Assembly (NCBI GenBank): GCA_964016885.1
Contig: OZ024748.1
Span: 14,942,001 to 15,006,000, forward strand
Length of the DNA stretch: 64,000 nucleotides
Direction: 5' to 3'
Origin: Eledone cirrhosa
Taxonomy: Eukaryota
Shown here: in pieces, positions 37,557-50,496 of the stretch
Layout: the number at the start of each line of letters is the position of its first letter
Numbering within the stretch: the stretch's first letter is position 1
Notes under the pieces: generated by a model
Told to the model about the DNA's origin: nothing
Databases searched by the model: none
Seen by the model: only the letters and a program-made list of their open reading frames with translations
Position numbers and translations under genes: made by a program

Positions 37557-37804
37557 CAAGAAAGTTTATACATTGCCGAGGAATAGTAACTCTTCCCCTC
37601 CCATCAGTTGTTAATTAGTAGTCTTTTTTACAATGTTAATCAGTAGCAGCTGGCTTATCTCATTTCATAACGAGGAATCTCATCACCCACCAGTGGTGTG
37701 TAGTCTCGTTACTAACACTGAACGCTACAGATACCTCATCATTAACAACAGCCTGCAGTCACTTCTCTGGAAGACTAATTTATATTGAGATATATACGTA
37801 TTGG

Positions 37805-38180
37805 GAATGACTGTTGGCTATGTGGTTAAGGAATTCACTTTGCAATCACATGGTTTCAACTTCACTTATATTGCATGGCACTTTGGGTACAAATGTCTTC
37901 TACTATAGCCACACATTGATCAATGCCTTGTGAGTGAAGTTTGGAAAATGGAAACTATGAAAGCTTATCATATGTGTGTGCTTCTGTGTGTGTATCTGTG
38001 TGTCTGTCCATGCTTGTATTTACATTTGTGTCTGTGTCCCATAACATAGTGGTTGAAGACAAACAAAATAGGATCGATAAAATAAGCACCAGACTTGTAA
38101 AAATTAAGTACTGAACTTGATATGATCAATGAGTTCTCTTTAAGCCATTATGCCTCAGTATGGCCATAGTCTGATTACTG
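37805..38180 (+). mobile_element. Octopus OK/OR-like tRNA SINE
   Basis: TGGCTATGTGGTTAAG..CACATGGTT..GGCACTTTGGG..TGTCTTCTACTATAGCC..GCCTTGTGAGTGAAGTTTGG..GGAAACT. Relatives lie at ~35690, 42033, 49465-49955 and 63200-63272. Confidence 0.65.
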
Positions 38181-38289
38181 GTGTTAATGGTGGTGTTGGT
38201 AGTGGACGGTTTTGCTACATTCCTTCAAGTCTAGTGTATAAAAGACTGACAGATGTTAACAACAGCAACAGTTGATTGATGAAATGACA

Positions 38290-38532
38290 AGTCAGTCAAT
38301 CATATTGGTGACCTCCTCACAGCCCCAGCGGACAAAATGGAGAAGGCATTTCCCCAGAGGACGGCAAGGGAGACACGCTGGAAAAGCCATTCCAACTCGC
38401 AAGGCCCACACCTGTGGATGGCCAGCTCAGCGCCTATGGTGGTGAGTAGGGAGGTATCTCTAGGGCCAAGGACACCAGAAGTCTCCACTGCCAAGGGTAC
38501 GACCGCAAACCTGTCGGAGATCCACCGGTAAA
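38290..38532 (-). pseudogene. CRE-clade retrotransposon C-terminal fragment
   Basis: YRWISDRFAVVPLAVETSGVLGPRDTSLLTTIGAELA..ELEWLFQRVSLAVLWGNAFSILSAG (AVET.G..QR.S.A..RGNA motif), open to its stop codon. Confidence 0.8.
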
Positions 38533-41512
38533 TCAGTGAAAGAATTGAGGAATAGAAATTGAAACAGCAAAATTTGAAGTGAAGAATAAATCTTCTAGGT
38601 TGAGGAAAATTTGTGAGTTTGTTTGGTCAATCCTTTTAATACCATATTCTTCATGAAAGGGACTGACAATGAGGTGGATTAACCCTTAAGTTTCATTTAT
38701 GGGGGTGACATGTGGAATAGATTTACTTCTATAAGAATGAGTATGTTGAGAAACGAAACAATGAATTCAGGTGTAGATTTTGCTGAATTTTTTAAAACAG
38801 CAAATATCCAGTAGAATATTAATTTGGTGTTTGGAACATTAACTTAAATTATGATGAAGCGTTTTTAGATAAATATAAACATTTTAAAACAAACAACTTT
38901 GCATCATAGAACCTGGAGTAGTTTTACTTGAATTAGTATAAAAAGTAGATGACTACAAATTCTGGTTTATTCTTGTAGCTGACATTCAGATTTCCTCGTG
39001 AGAATGAAGGAGGATCTGATTATGCAAAAAATGTTAATAAAAATGTATCTAATGAGAACGTAGCTTCAGCTATGCGATTGATATGATATGGTTGATATCT
39101 TATGCTATCTTATCATGAATCAAGAAAACTCTGCAACTTATAATTATAAATTCTTGCTATTAATAGTAATAATTACACCAATATTGTTTTAAACACCATC
39201 TCTGAAATGTTGTTGAAGTTGTTCTATCTACATCACATAGTCACAACAAAATTACAGAGAATCGTTAATATAATAGTGTTTCTCAAACAAAAGGCGTTTG
39301 GCTTCCAAGGAAGCCATTTCAAATCCAAGGGAAAGAACTTTAGCCATGAAAGGAATTAGGAAAATGAAACTGGAGAAACAGAAATACCAAATATACCCAA
39401 TCATTGTACATTATGTATATATCAAATGAAACAACAATATACTAAACTATAAGGACAATTATAAATTAACATTCCCTACTAAAATATATATTTATAAGTG
39501 TGCAGTCCACACTGAAAAGTGGTCATGTTGGTGTCACAACAAGCATTAAATGGTCATGTAGATGTCATGACAAAAAGCACCTAGTCCACTCAGTAAATGT
39601 GGTTGGTGTTCGCAAGGTCATCCAACCGTAGAAACTGTTCTGTATGAGCAAGCAGTCATCTAATCTGGCTTGTCTCACAATGGTACAATTCATCTAGCCC
39701 ATGTTAGCATGGAAAAATGGACATTCAACTGTGATGATGATGATGTAATTTGCTTTATTAAACAGCTTTAATAATTTCACTGTAAAGTGAAAAAAAAATT
39801 CTGAATCATAATTCAAAATGTGAAAAGAATTGATTTTATCTAGGACCACAAGAGAAGGAATTTGACCTGGGTCTCTGAGAAGCACTGCAGCTGATAGGCT
39901 GCTATTTATTTTTTCATGAAAATGAATATGCATGTGATAGGAGGATATGTAAATTCATACAAAATATAGGGAGACACATTTTCCATTTCAAATTTTCTCT
40001 ACTTCCATATTTACATTTGGTAAATTCTCTTTATTCCATTTTCAATTTTGATCAATTGTTTTTATTTTTATTTTTATTGACTTAATTGCATGGCATGGGT
40101 AAACTGTAATAAATTGTACAATAAATATTATTAAAGCAGGGAAAATAAAAGTGTTTTGCTGCAGGCCATAGAAAAGTATTGTAAGCTGCATACTTGAGAG
40201 CCCTGGTATAAAATATATTTTATAGAATTCTCCAAGAATGCAAAACATAGTTGATTGCTATAAATAATAACTTAGAAAGTCTGGTAAAATATCCCTATAG
40301 ACAGAAATAAGTGGCCAACTGCTGCTACAGGGAATAAAACTAATAAAATCATTATTAAAAAAATTAATGAACAGTCAAAACTATAAAAAACAATATTAAG
40401 CCACAATTCATTGTCATCATTTTTATCATTGTCTTGTGGGATTTTTGTTGCTTTTTCTTTTTCAAATTTCATTTCAACACATTATAAAATATCTCAATTT
40501 CTGGTGAGGTAATGTAAAAGGGATAAGAGAGAGTTTAAATGAATTAACAGCAACCTGTGATTTAGGAGAAATATTTTTAGCTAGCCCACTTGATTCCAGG
40601 AGAAATATTGAAAGAATGAAAACCAAACCAAAGAAATCAACTGACTTCGAAAATGTCAGTTAACCTTATTTTGACCATATTTTGAATGAAATACACTCTA
40701 TTTCAATTAATTTATAAAAAATTTTGAGAGATTTTCGAAATTTATTCATCATTTCCTTAAGATCATGACTTATCATATGGTCCTTATATAAAATCATGTT
40801 GGAAGATTTAAGTTTAATAGGAATCCTTTAAAATTTTATTTTATAGAGCCAGAACCAGTTTTGGTTGAGTAGATATCAAGAGGGTTACTGAAAACATTTT
40901 AGGGATTTACTAAAATTATTAAATATTTCATTACTAAGATAGTAGTAATTTAACATATGGTTCTTCTATAAAATTATGTTGGAAGGTTTTGATTTAAGAA
41001 GGAACCCTTTAGAATTGGTAGTTTTGTCTCAGAGACAATTTTTTTAGTTGGGCTGGTATCAAAATATTTACGAGAATTAAGCATAACCTATGATAGAAGA
41101 GAAATATTTTGAGTCAACCAAGGCAATTCTATAAGAAACAGATAAAAATGAAAACCAAACTAAAATACCAACTGATTTCTAAAACTACAGTTAAAGAATA
41201 AACAAAAGTTAAATCTGCTGCATTTTCAATAGATGAACTTAAAAATCTGACATATCCCAACAGATGAGAGGAATATCAAAATCTAGCATTCTAAAGCAAT
41301 ATTTATTAAAGATTCTACTGGTGAAATAGCTCATTATAAAAGCTCACAGTACATAACTGATATAATAGCTGTCTTGCATATAAAATATTTACAACCCCAA
41401 GTTATAGATCAGTTAAAAGAATTTCACTGACAAAATCGTTTATCAATCAAATAAATTACATTTTTTTTTTGGGGGGGGGGGGGGGGGTTCTTTTTTCCTA
41501 ATATTATTATTA

Positions 41513-41544
<32 letters not shown>

Positions 41545-42547
41545 TAAATCTATTTGAAACCAATGATGGAATCACCAATTCTGTAATTGATCATCAAATT
41601 GAAGACTTTTAAAAATGAGGAAATGCTGAATGATGTAATGATTACAGATTGTAAAATAATGGATGAATATTTTAAAAACACATAGAATCATTTTAACATG
41701 ATCGATGACACTCCTCAACAGTTTTCCGATATTCAATATTTAAATATGGAGAGGAGGCAGTGTGTGGGTGATAGGAAGGGCCTTAAGCTGTAGAAGGCTT
41801 GCCAAACAAAGGAGGACCCTTTAGTTGTGTCACCCTTTCCTGTACACTTGATAGAACATAAGAGCATACATAAACAAGATGCAGACCCCTGGCCTGTTTT
41901 GGAGGTCAGTAACCTTGCTTCAGTACTGACTTGGTCTATGTAGTCCCATCCAACTCTTGCTAGCAGGGAAAGTGGGCAATAAGTAATGATGATGAGGAGC
42001 AGGAGGAAGAGGAGAAGGATGAGGATAAGCACAGGTATGGCTGTGTGGTTAAGGTGTTTGTTTCACAAACAAGAGTCTGAGTTGAATGTTTAGGGAGTGG
42101 AATTTAATGGATCAAAACAGCACAATCATGCCATACATATGTTGTTGTTTTTTGTGTGTGTGTGTGTGTATGCGTGTGTGTCCATGTCTGTCTGTCTGTC
42201 TTTGTGTCCTGTAATTATCAGTCCAACAAAAATCTAAAAACTAAACAATGATAAAATAAGTACTGGGGTTGGTATGATCAACTATATCGAGGTGGTGGCC
42301 CAGCATAGTTGTAGTCTAATGACTGAAACCAGTAAAAGAACTAAAGAATGTGTGTATGTATGTGTACAATTAAACATAAAATGTGAATGTACAGGTGTTT
42401 ATTAATACCAATGTAAATAATGAGATATGAACACGTGTATAAATATATATATATATATTCAGTAATGTACAGGTGTATATTTGGACAGATACAATACCAA
42501 ATATACACAGGAATTAAATATACCATTGATTTTTTTGGATCAGAGTT

Positions 42548-42611
<64 letters not shown>

Positions 42612-42656
42612 ATATTAAATAGATGGAAACTATATTTATAAAACCATATTTATTTT

Positions 42657-42712
42657 ATTATATATATTTCAAGGGTAACCAAGACAACATTGGTATGCTT
42701 TCATCAGATAAA
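42657..42712 (-). ncRNA. Hammerhead-like motif (paralogue of 15571-15630)
   Basis: The reverse strand reads TTAT-CTGATGA-AAGCATACCAA-TGTTGTC-TTGGTTACCCTT-GAAA-TATA-TA-TAA. Confidence 0.65.
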
Positions 42713-43809
42713 ATACAAAGTTTGTTTTATAAATAGAGACATACCCATGAAAATCATACCTTATCAGTTGGAAATTCACTGGATAGTGGAAATATATTAG
42801 GGATTATTCAAACTTATGTGTGAATATGCAAATGAATATGTAAATTGAAAAACAACCATTTATTTAAATGACACTAGAGAAAGAGAGAGAGAAAAAATAA
42901 AGATAGAAAAAATTACGAGAGAGATAGAGAGAAGAGATAGACAATAGAAGATGAATATAACGTTAATTTGGGGGAAATATATTCTAAGTATAAATCTAAT
43001 ATGTGTGTTTACGATTATTCGTTGTTTAAAATTCGTTTCTAATATAATATTTTCTGTTATAAGTAGATAGATAGATAAATAAATAAATAAATAGATAAAT
43101 AGATAAATAAATGAATAGATGGGTATATCGTGTTATAGATAATTGTTTTAATGAGTTATGAGGGATATTGGTTTTGTATTTAATGTAAGTAAATATTAAA
43201 TTAAATTAAATTAACTGAGTTAATAAGAATATTAATATTTATATATTATAAAATGGGAAGATATGGAAAAACTCCAGTTTTGTTTATTCATTCGTTAGTA
43301 TGAGACTATTTTGTCAAAATAAGTATAAATGTTGAAAGATATATTTAGCCAGAATTAATTAGTGGTTATAAATCTAATAAAAGACATTGAAAAAATATAA
43401 AAAATTTGAGAAAATGTTTTTTTTAAATAATTTATAAGAGATAAGTAATTTTTTAAAAAAGGGATAAAAAATTAAAGAAATAAAAATAAAAAAATAAAGA
43501 ATTAAAAATTATTAAGATTAAAATTACAATTAAAATTAAAATTAAAATTAAAATTAAAATTAAAATAAAATAAAAATTAGAATTATATATGTATATATTT
43601 TATGAAACTTTAAGAAGTGAAATTATAGCAAATGTTATAGATATGATTTAGAGAAATCAATAAATATATAGAGAAATCAATAAATATATTGAGAAATCAA
43701 TAAACATATATATATATATATATATATACTATAAAAGTGAGGTCACATTCTACATTTGAAATCTCACAATTCATCATCATCATAATCGTTATTATTATTA
43801 TTTTATATG

Positions 43810-44280
43810 AGGGCGATGGAATAGCATATTGGTAGAGCATTGGATAACATGCTTTGTGGCATAGAGTTACAGCCCTTTAGGGTCTGAGTTCAAATCCCAC
43901 CAAGATTAACTATGCCTTTCATCCTTACGGGATCGATAAATTAAAACGCCAGTAATGCACTGAGATAATTGCTAGCCTTGTGCCAAAGAGTAGAAACAAT
44001 TATCATTATTATATACGGTGAATTGGCAGTATCGGTAGAGGGTCGGACGCCATGCTTTGCAGCATAGACTTACGGCCCTTTATGGTCTGAGTTCAAATCC
44101 CGCCGAGGTTAACTTTGCCTTTCATCCTTATGGAGTCGATAAAATATAGTACCTGTAATACACTGATTAAAATTGCTGGCCTTGTGCCTAAAGTAGAAAC
44201 AATTATTATATACATTCTGAGTTCAAATTTTGCTAAGGTTCGCTTTGCTTTTCATCCTTATGGGATCGATAAAATAATCA
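43810..44280 (+). mobile_element. Three tandem Nin/Deu SINEs
   Basis: Copies at ~43810, 44015 and 44215. Confidence 0.85.
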
Positions 44281-45602
44281 TTATTATCATGACACTTTAA
44301 TTTCTGAGTTCAAATATCCTAAAACACAAAAATACTTTTAACTTCAAAATATCAAAATATAAAGTAAAAGTGCAAAGTGATGTGTTGTTTTGTTTTACAT
44401 CTGTTTTCACTCCTTTATTTCTAACTTGCATCGAACTAGCTTTTCCAGAACAGGCTTAACCTGACTATACTGCATTTTAGCTTAGTATTAACATAAAGAT
44501 TGCAAACAATTTTAACTCTGCTCCACCAACTTTAAGTGGTCAATGTTTAGAATAATTGCAAGTTGACTTTATAATAAAATGAATGAATTCATACTGTCTT
44601 ATTATCATGAATTCCTACATACCAAGATATCTCTTGTTAATGTCGACAGCTTAACTTAACAAAAATCTATTATTAACCACAAATTTATTTATTTATTTTT
44701 AATCTAGCGCAGTTTTCCCCAACATTGCAGATAAAACATTGTTGTATAGGAAGGTTTTCCCCTAAGGATAGCAGCATGAATGTCTGTTCTGTTGTTACAG
44801 AGTGAATAGATTTAATGGTGTCTTCTTCAATAACAACTATTCAGGCATTGAAGGTAGATGTTATACCTTGAAATACTAACAGTTCACAGTTCTTAACACT
44901 ATATATTTCTCTCTCTTTCGCTTTGTTCAATGCCAGCAAAAGATGATATCATCGGAAGATATCCGATGTGGGATTTAATGAGAAACCTCGTTTAACTAGC
45001 TACTTGTGACTTTTGAGCATTCTGTCTTGCTCTTGCTATTTAGTCTCTTCTCAACAACTTCTCAATTCCCTCTTATGTCTTTTGTTGCAATGTAACATCA
45101 TTTTAAGACACCACTCCATATGGAACATCAGATATTTGTATTCGGGAAAGAAAAAAAGAAAAGAGAAATTTTATCCACAAAGTCTAAACCTACAAATACA
45201 TTTGGCTAAAATAATTTCATTCAACTTGATGCCAAATGAAATAGCTTCTCGGAATCGTACTAGCTTTTATTTGTTTGTTTCTTTCTTTTCTTTATCCATC
45301 TTTCTCTCCTTTCATTCCTCCCTTCTTTCAAGACTAGCAACAAAATTAAATGCGAACTCTTTCAACAGATGCTCAAGTTCCCAACCATTTCAAAGACAGG
45401 GAGTGTACAGAAACATTAACTTCTATGATATCTTTTCAAAGGATCTACCATTTTCCCCCACACACAAATTACAAATATGTCAGAAGAAAAATTAAATGAA
45501 ATAAAATAAAATAAAATTCCAACCCTTGCTAACAGGGAAAACGAACATTAAATGATGATGATTATATATGTGTGTGCATGTGTGAGTTGTGTGTATATAT
45601 GT

Positions 45603-45651
<49 letters not shown>

Positions 45652-45652
45652 C

Positions 45653-45698
<46 letters not shown>

Positions 45699-46934
45699 GT
45701 ATATATATATATACACACACACACATATATATATGTATATATATATACACACACACATACATATAAGTCAACAAATCATTTTTGTTTTTAAGATGTTTGC
45801 TCACAAATCTGAGAATTACTTGCATGTCACACAATCTTCATCTGAGAATCTTACAAAGTAATGTGAATATTTTCCATAAAACTTTTTTCTTTGAACCTTT
45901 TAACTACTAATGGATCCAAACATAGAAAGCAATGAATAATACTGTGAGACTCAGCCAAGCACTGAACCTAGAAACCTAGTCTTGCAGTCTCCTCTATTCT
46001 AGACAACTCAGTGTCAATATATTTAGCTTTGAGACAGTCCTATGTAGCAGATAAATGTTCATACAGAGCAGCCTTTCATAAATTCCATGGAGGGGAGCAT
46101 TAATATTGTTTTACTGTCAAATTTTTCTCTGTGATCAATAAAATGATATAGGTGTGAAATCATGCACGCATTGAGACAACAAGACTACTTTTAAGTAGGA
46201 CAATTGCACATATCAAGCAATGCATTCATGTGTGTGTGTATATATATATATATATGTAGGGAGATGTATCATATTTTGTAGCAATAGAGACAGATGAAGA
46301 CTTACAACACTAAATCGACAGTAAAATAGAGAAATATACATGGTGAGAGTAAATACATATTTAGAAAGATTGACACATACATATTCATAAAGAAATATTT
46401 TCACATAAATAAACTTATTCATCTATGAACCACATGAGTCTTCATGATCATCATAATCATTAACATTTTATATCTGCTTCCCATGCTGACAATGTCATGG
46501 TTATATCTTTCTAATTTCAGCCTGGTTTCTACAGCAGGATGCCCATCCTCTCACCAACCACTTTATACTGTACTGATTACAAGTTATTATGGCATCAGCA
46601 CTAAAAAGGTTTAACAATTCCATGACTAATGAGTCATCTCCCTCCTACTGAGTCCATATTGTTGTCGTTTTAGTGACACAAAAAAAAGCATCTAGTTCAC
46701 ACTGTAATGTCGTCATTTTCATTCCATAATATAAAACACTCAGTCCATGAGTTTGGAAGGGTATCAAGCCATGCTAGCATGGAAAATAGATGTTAAATGG
46801 TGATGATGATGATTATATATGCAGTTCTGTTTGCATGCTAATACAAGAGCAAGAATGACGAGGTCATTCTACTGACAAGGCTTAAAAAGAGGCTGTTTGC
46901 ATAATTGCAAATAAATCAAATATTATTATTAATG

Positions 46935-47122
46935 GTGGATTGGCAGTATCGATAGAGGGTCAGACGCCATGCTTTGCAGCAAAGAGTTACAGCCCTTTAT
47001 GGTCTGAGTTCAAATCCCGCCGAGGTTAACTTTGCCTTTCATCCTTACGAGGTCGATAAAATAAAGTACCAGTAATGTATTGGGTATTTGCTGGCCTTGT
47101 GCCAAAAGTAGAAACAATTATT
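46935..47122 (+). mobile_element. Full-length Nin/Deu SINE
   Basis: Family consensus with TTATTAAT on both sides. Confidence 0.9.
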
Positions 47123-47265
47123 AATATTTGAAAAACTCAGATTACATTTATTGCATTCAGCCATGTAGAGCGTTAGACTATTTGTTAGTTTTATATATAT
47201 AAAGTTGTGTATAGAAATGGCTTCTACAGGACTAGAACCTATGATTGATCCCATGACTCACACAT

Positions 47266-47321
<56 letters not shown>

Positions 47322-48320
47322 TTGTATGTTTACGTCAAAATCTCTTTCTCTAGTATTGATCTTTGCTGTAGACAAAAATCTAAAATAAATATTCTTATAG
47401 AATTGTTGCTGTTGTTGTTAAGATTGTTAGCATTCTAACTTGTTACATTATATGCACCTGCATCTACATGCTATCAATAACCACACAGAAACTGATGCAC
47501 TTGTGCCACTAAAGTGTCACAGCAGCTGTGGCTGCTGTTGCTGCACATACAATAGCAGTTGAATTCATTGTGATTCACCTGCTGTCTCTTCCTAGATCAG
47601 TTTATTTCTACAATCACTAAGATACCACATAAGGTGGAAAGATAGGAAGAAACTTACTCAGCTGCAAACCAAACCTAACTTAAGCAAAGCACACACACAC
47701 ATGCAGAAATAATTTCATACACATACGCAGAAACCTGTAGCCATTAGGGAAAAAAACACAAACAAAAACAGAACTATCTTTGCTTTAAATGTCTCCACAG
47801 TCACTGAGATATGACATAGGTGTAAAGATAGGAAACCTATTCATCTCAAAACCATACCAAACCAAACCACACGCAAACATTCAGACACAGAAAACATCTG
47901 CCATTAGAAAAAAGAAAAAAAAAACATTATCTCTGTACTTTAAATGCATTGCTCTGTTTTGTAACTATTCAGAAATGTGTTTGTATATGTTATGTTTTTT
48001 GAAATGTACTTTCTAAAAAATGTACTTTCTGCAATCATGCAAGGACCCTGCCTTTAATATATTTCAATTTATCAAGTCTCGCACCACTTATATTATTGAT
48101 TTCTCTCTCCTTTTTTTTTTAAACTGGTAAGTTAGAGCACATAAATAGACATAAATGTAAATACAAACACACACACAAATAATGTGTGTGTATATATATA
48201 TATATATATGCATACATACACATACATACATACACATATATATACACATATATTTATGTAACAGAGGTCAACTTTTGTTCCATCATTACGTTTTTCTATT
48301 TTTTCTGTTCATCTTCTAGC

Positions 48321-48376
48321 TGTCTGATGAGTTCATAGCTGTTGAATAATGGTTATCACCGAAATATACATAACAA
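48321..48376 (+). ncRNA. Hammerhead-like motif
   Basis: TGT-CTGATGA-G..ATAGCTGTT-GAAT-AATGGTTAT..C-GAAA-TATA-CA-TAACA; the cleavage site is degenerate. Confidence 0.55.
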
Positions 48377-48454
48377 TGAATATAAATGAAGTTAATTTTA
48401 ACCTGTTGACTTACACTTATTGTTTGTTTATATATATATATATTTATATCTATA

Positions 48455-48548
48455 TACTCTGATGTGTTGACCAGAGGTAAATAATGTATTGGAAATCAAG
48501 CGATTAGCGACATCTAGACTCAGCTGATCAACGAAATAAGTGTCAGTA
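48455..48548 (+). ncRNA. Hammerhead-like motif with long stem II
   Basis: TACT-CTGATGt-GTTGACCAG...CTGATCAAC-GAAA-TAAGT-GTC-AGTA, with one core mismatch and AATAAA downstream. Confidence 0.55.
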
Positions 48549-48773
48549 CTTGAAATAAAGCCCCTTATTGTACAGCCAACCATGTTACTCTTCATTCTTT
48601 CACTATACATATATATATATATATATATATACTGGTTCAGTCTAATTCAACCGGATTGGTCTGTCCCAGTCATTCATAGAGCAACATCGGTAAGGTTGGC
48701 ACCATTAACTCACGGTTGGATGTGGATGCATTCATGTATATGTGTGTGTCCGCATGTATCTGTGTGTTTCTAA

Positions 48774-48816
<43 letters not shown>

Positions 48817-48858
48817 AATAATGGTAGTTAAGACAGGATTAAATCACCATAATTGATT

Positions 48859-48922
48859 ATTGCATTATATATATTTCTGTTATATGGTTATTCATGTGAC
48901 TTCATCAGATGTTTATGCAATC
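48859..48922 (-). ncRNA. Hammerhead-like motif
   Basis: The reverse strand reads TTGCAT-aaacat-CTGATGA-AGTCACATG-AATAAC-CATATAACA-GAAA-TATA-TA-ta-ATGCAA. Confidence 0.6.
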
Positions 48923-49107
48923 ATTGATGCAGTTATGCAATCATTATGATATGCTGGTGGCCATGCATGTCCATCCAGTGGTGAATAGTTCATAACCACT
49001 AAGATAAACAACACTCCTGTACAACTATATATATATAATACTCTATTATTTGTTCCAGCTGACAGGCTGACCCATGCTGGGACACTGCCATGTGTATGTA
49101 TATATAT

Positions 49108-49182
49108 AGTTTCAGAAGATCCCATTAAGGGTGGAAGCAGCGATTCTTTGCTAAAACTTTAATCTGTTATTTTAATAAATAA
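49108..49182 (+). mobile_element. Third copy of CAGA-core hammerhead mini-element (single arm)
   Basis: AGTTTCAGAAGATCCCATTAAGGGTGGAAGCAGCGATTCTTTGCTAAAAC.., between TA-rich tracts. Confidence 0.8.
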
Positions 49183-49510
49183 ATAAATAAATATATATAT
49201 ATATATATATATCATCATCATCATCATTTTACGTCCGCTTTTCCCTGCTTGTTAAACTGTCCTCAAAAACCTCAATTTCTTTACCTTATTAACAATGGAT
49301 TCTTGTTTTTCTATGGGATTTGCATCCTCCAAATTCCAAATCTCAGTGATATTTTAATGTTACTTGATAACATTGAAGTTGAAACACGTGTAGACGTTAA
49401 AGAAATGATTTGAGGTACCTTCTTTGGTTGTCAATTCATTTAAATATATACAAATATCATGAGTTTCTGCCGTTTCTCTTTACAAAATTCCATTCATAAA
49501 GGCACTGGTG

Positions 49511-49853
49511 AACCCTTTAGCATTTACATTATATATATTGCCAGATAGTCCTATAAAAGCGAGACACCGTCACCCGACCAATCTTGCCTCAAATTGGGAC
49601 AACTCCTGTCTAACCCATGCTAGCATGGAAGATAGACGTTAAACGATGATGATGACGATGATACTATTGTATTTTCATGGTAAAGGCTTTACCTCACACA
49701 ATTATCTCATAATATCAAATCTATAAGATTTTGATATTTATTTTGAGAACAATACCTTAACATAAGTATGAGTGGCCAGTTATGGCAGGTTTGAACAGAA
49801 AGAGGTGAGAGAATTCTGGCTAGATAGAGCTGGTTTAAATGCTAAAGGGTTAA
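49511..49853. mobile_element. piggyBac-like MITE family 2 (nested in a SINE, containing a SINE tail)
   Basis: AACCCTTTAGCATTTA....TAAATGCTAAAGGGTTAA TIRs. A second copy lies at 51120-51385. Confidence 0.75.
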
Positions 49854-50461
49854 ATCTAAGGCTATAGTATAATACATTTGCCCAAGGTGCTACGCAGTGG
49901 GACTGAACCAAGAACCATGTGGTTTGTCATCAAATTCGTTAATCACACAGCCATGTTTGTTCATCTCAGTCCACCTATTTTCCATCTTCATGGGTAATTT
50001 ATCCGACTTATTCAACTATCTTATACTTATTATATGAAGAATTGTGCCAGCTTTTTATAATAAAAGCAAATAAATTTCAAATATATATCTATACATCTAT
50101 CATTTTAGCTACATGTTCTCTTCAAGCACTATTCTAAAACCAATAGAATCTAACCAATTAAACTGTCAAAAGGTCTTTGAAAAATTGATAATATTTTCTG
50201 GGGATGTTTTTGCTTTCTATTTTAATCTTAGTTGACAAACGTGATAAATCATTTAAATGATGATGATGAAGATGATGATGATATTATGGCATAATAAATT
50301 GCCAGATATACAAATACATAATTGTGTTTCTTTATACATATTTGTATAGTTCTATGTGTGTGTTTTAATAATATGCAATGTATATTATTATAACATCACT
50401 GTTCTTTCTCTCCCTTTCTCTCTTGTATGCATATATATCACACACACATACACATATGTGC

Positions 50462-50496
<35 letters not shown>

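Noticed and set aside
45013-45495. 160-aa ORF
   Set aside because: It has a TTG start, low-complexity F/S/L and K runs, and no recognisable domain.
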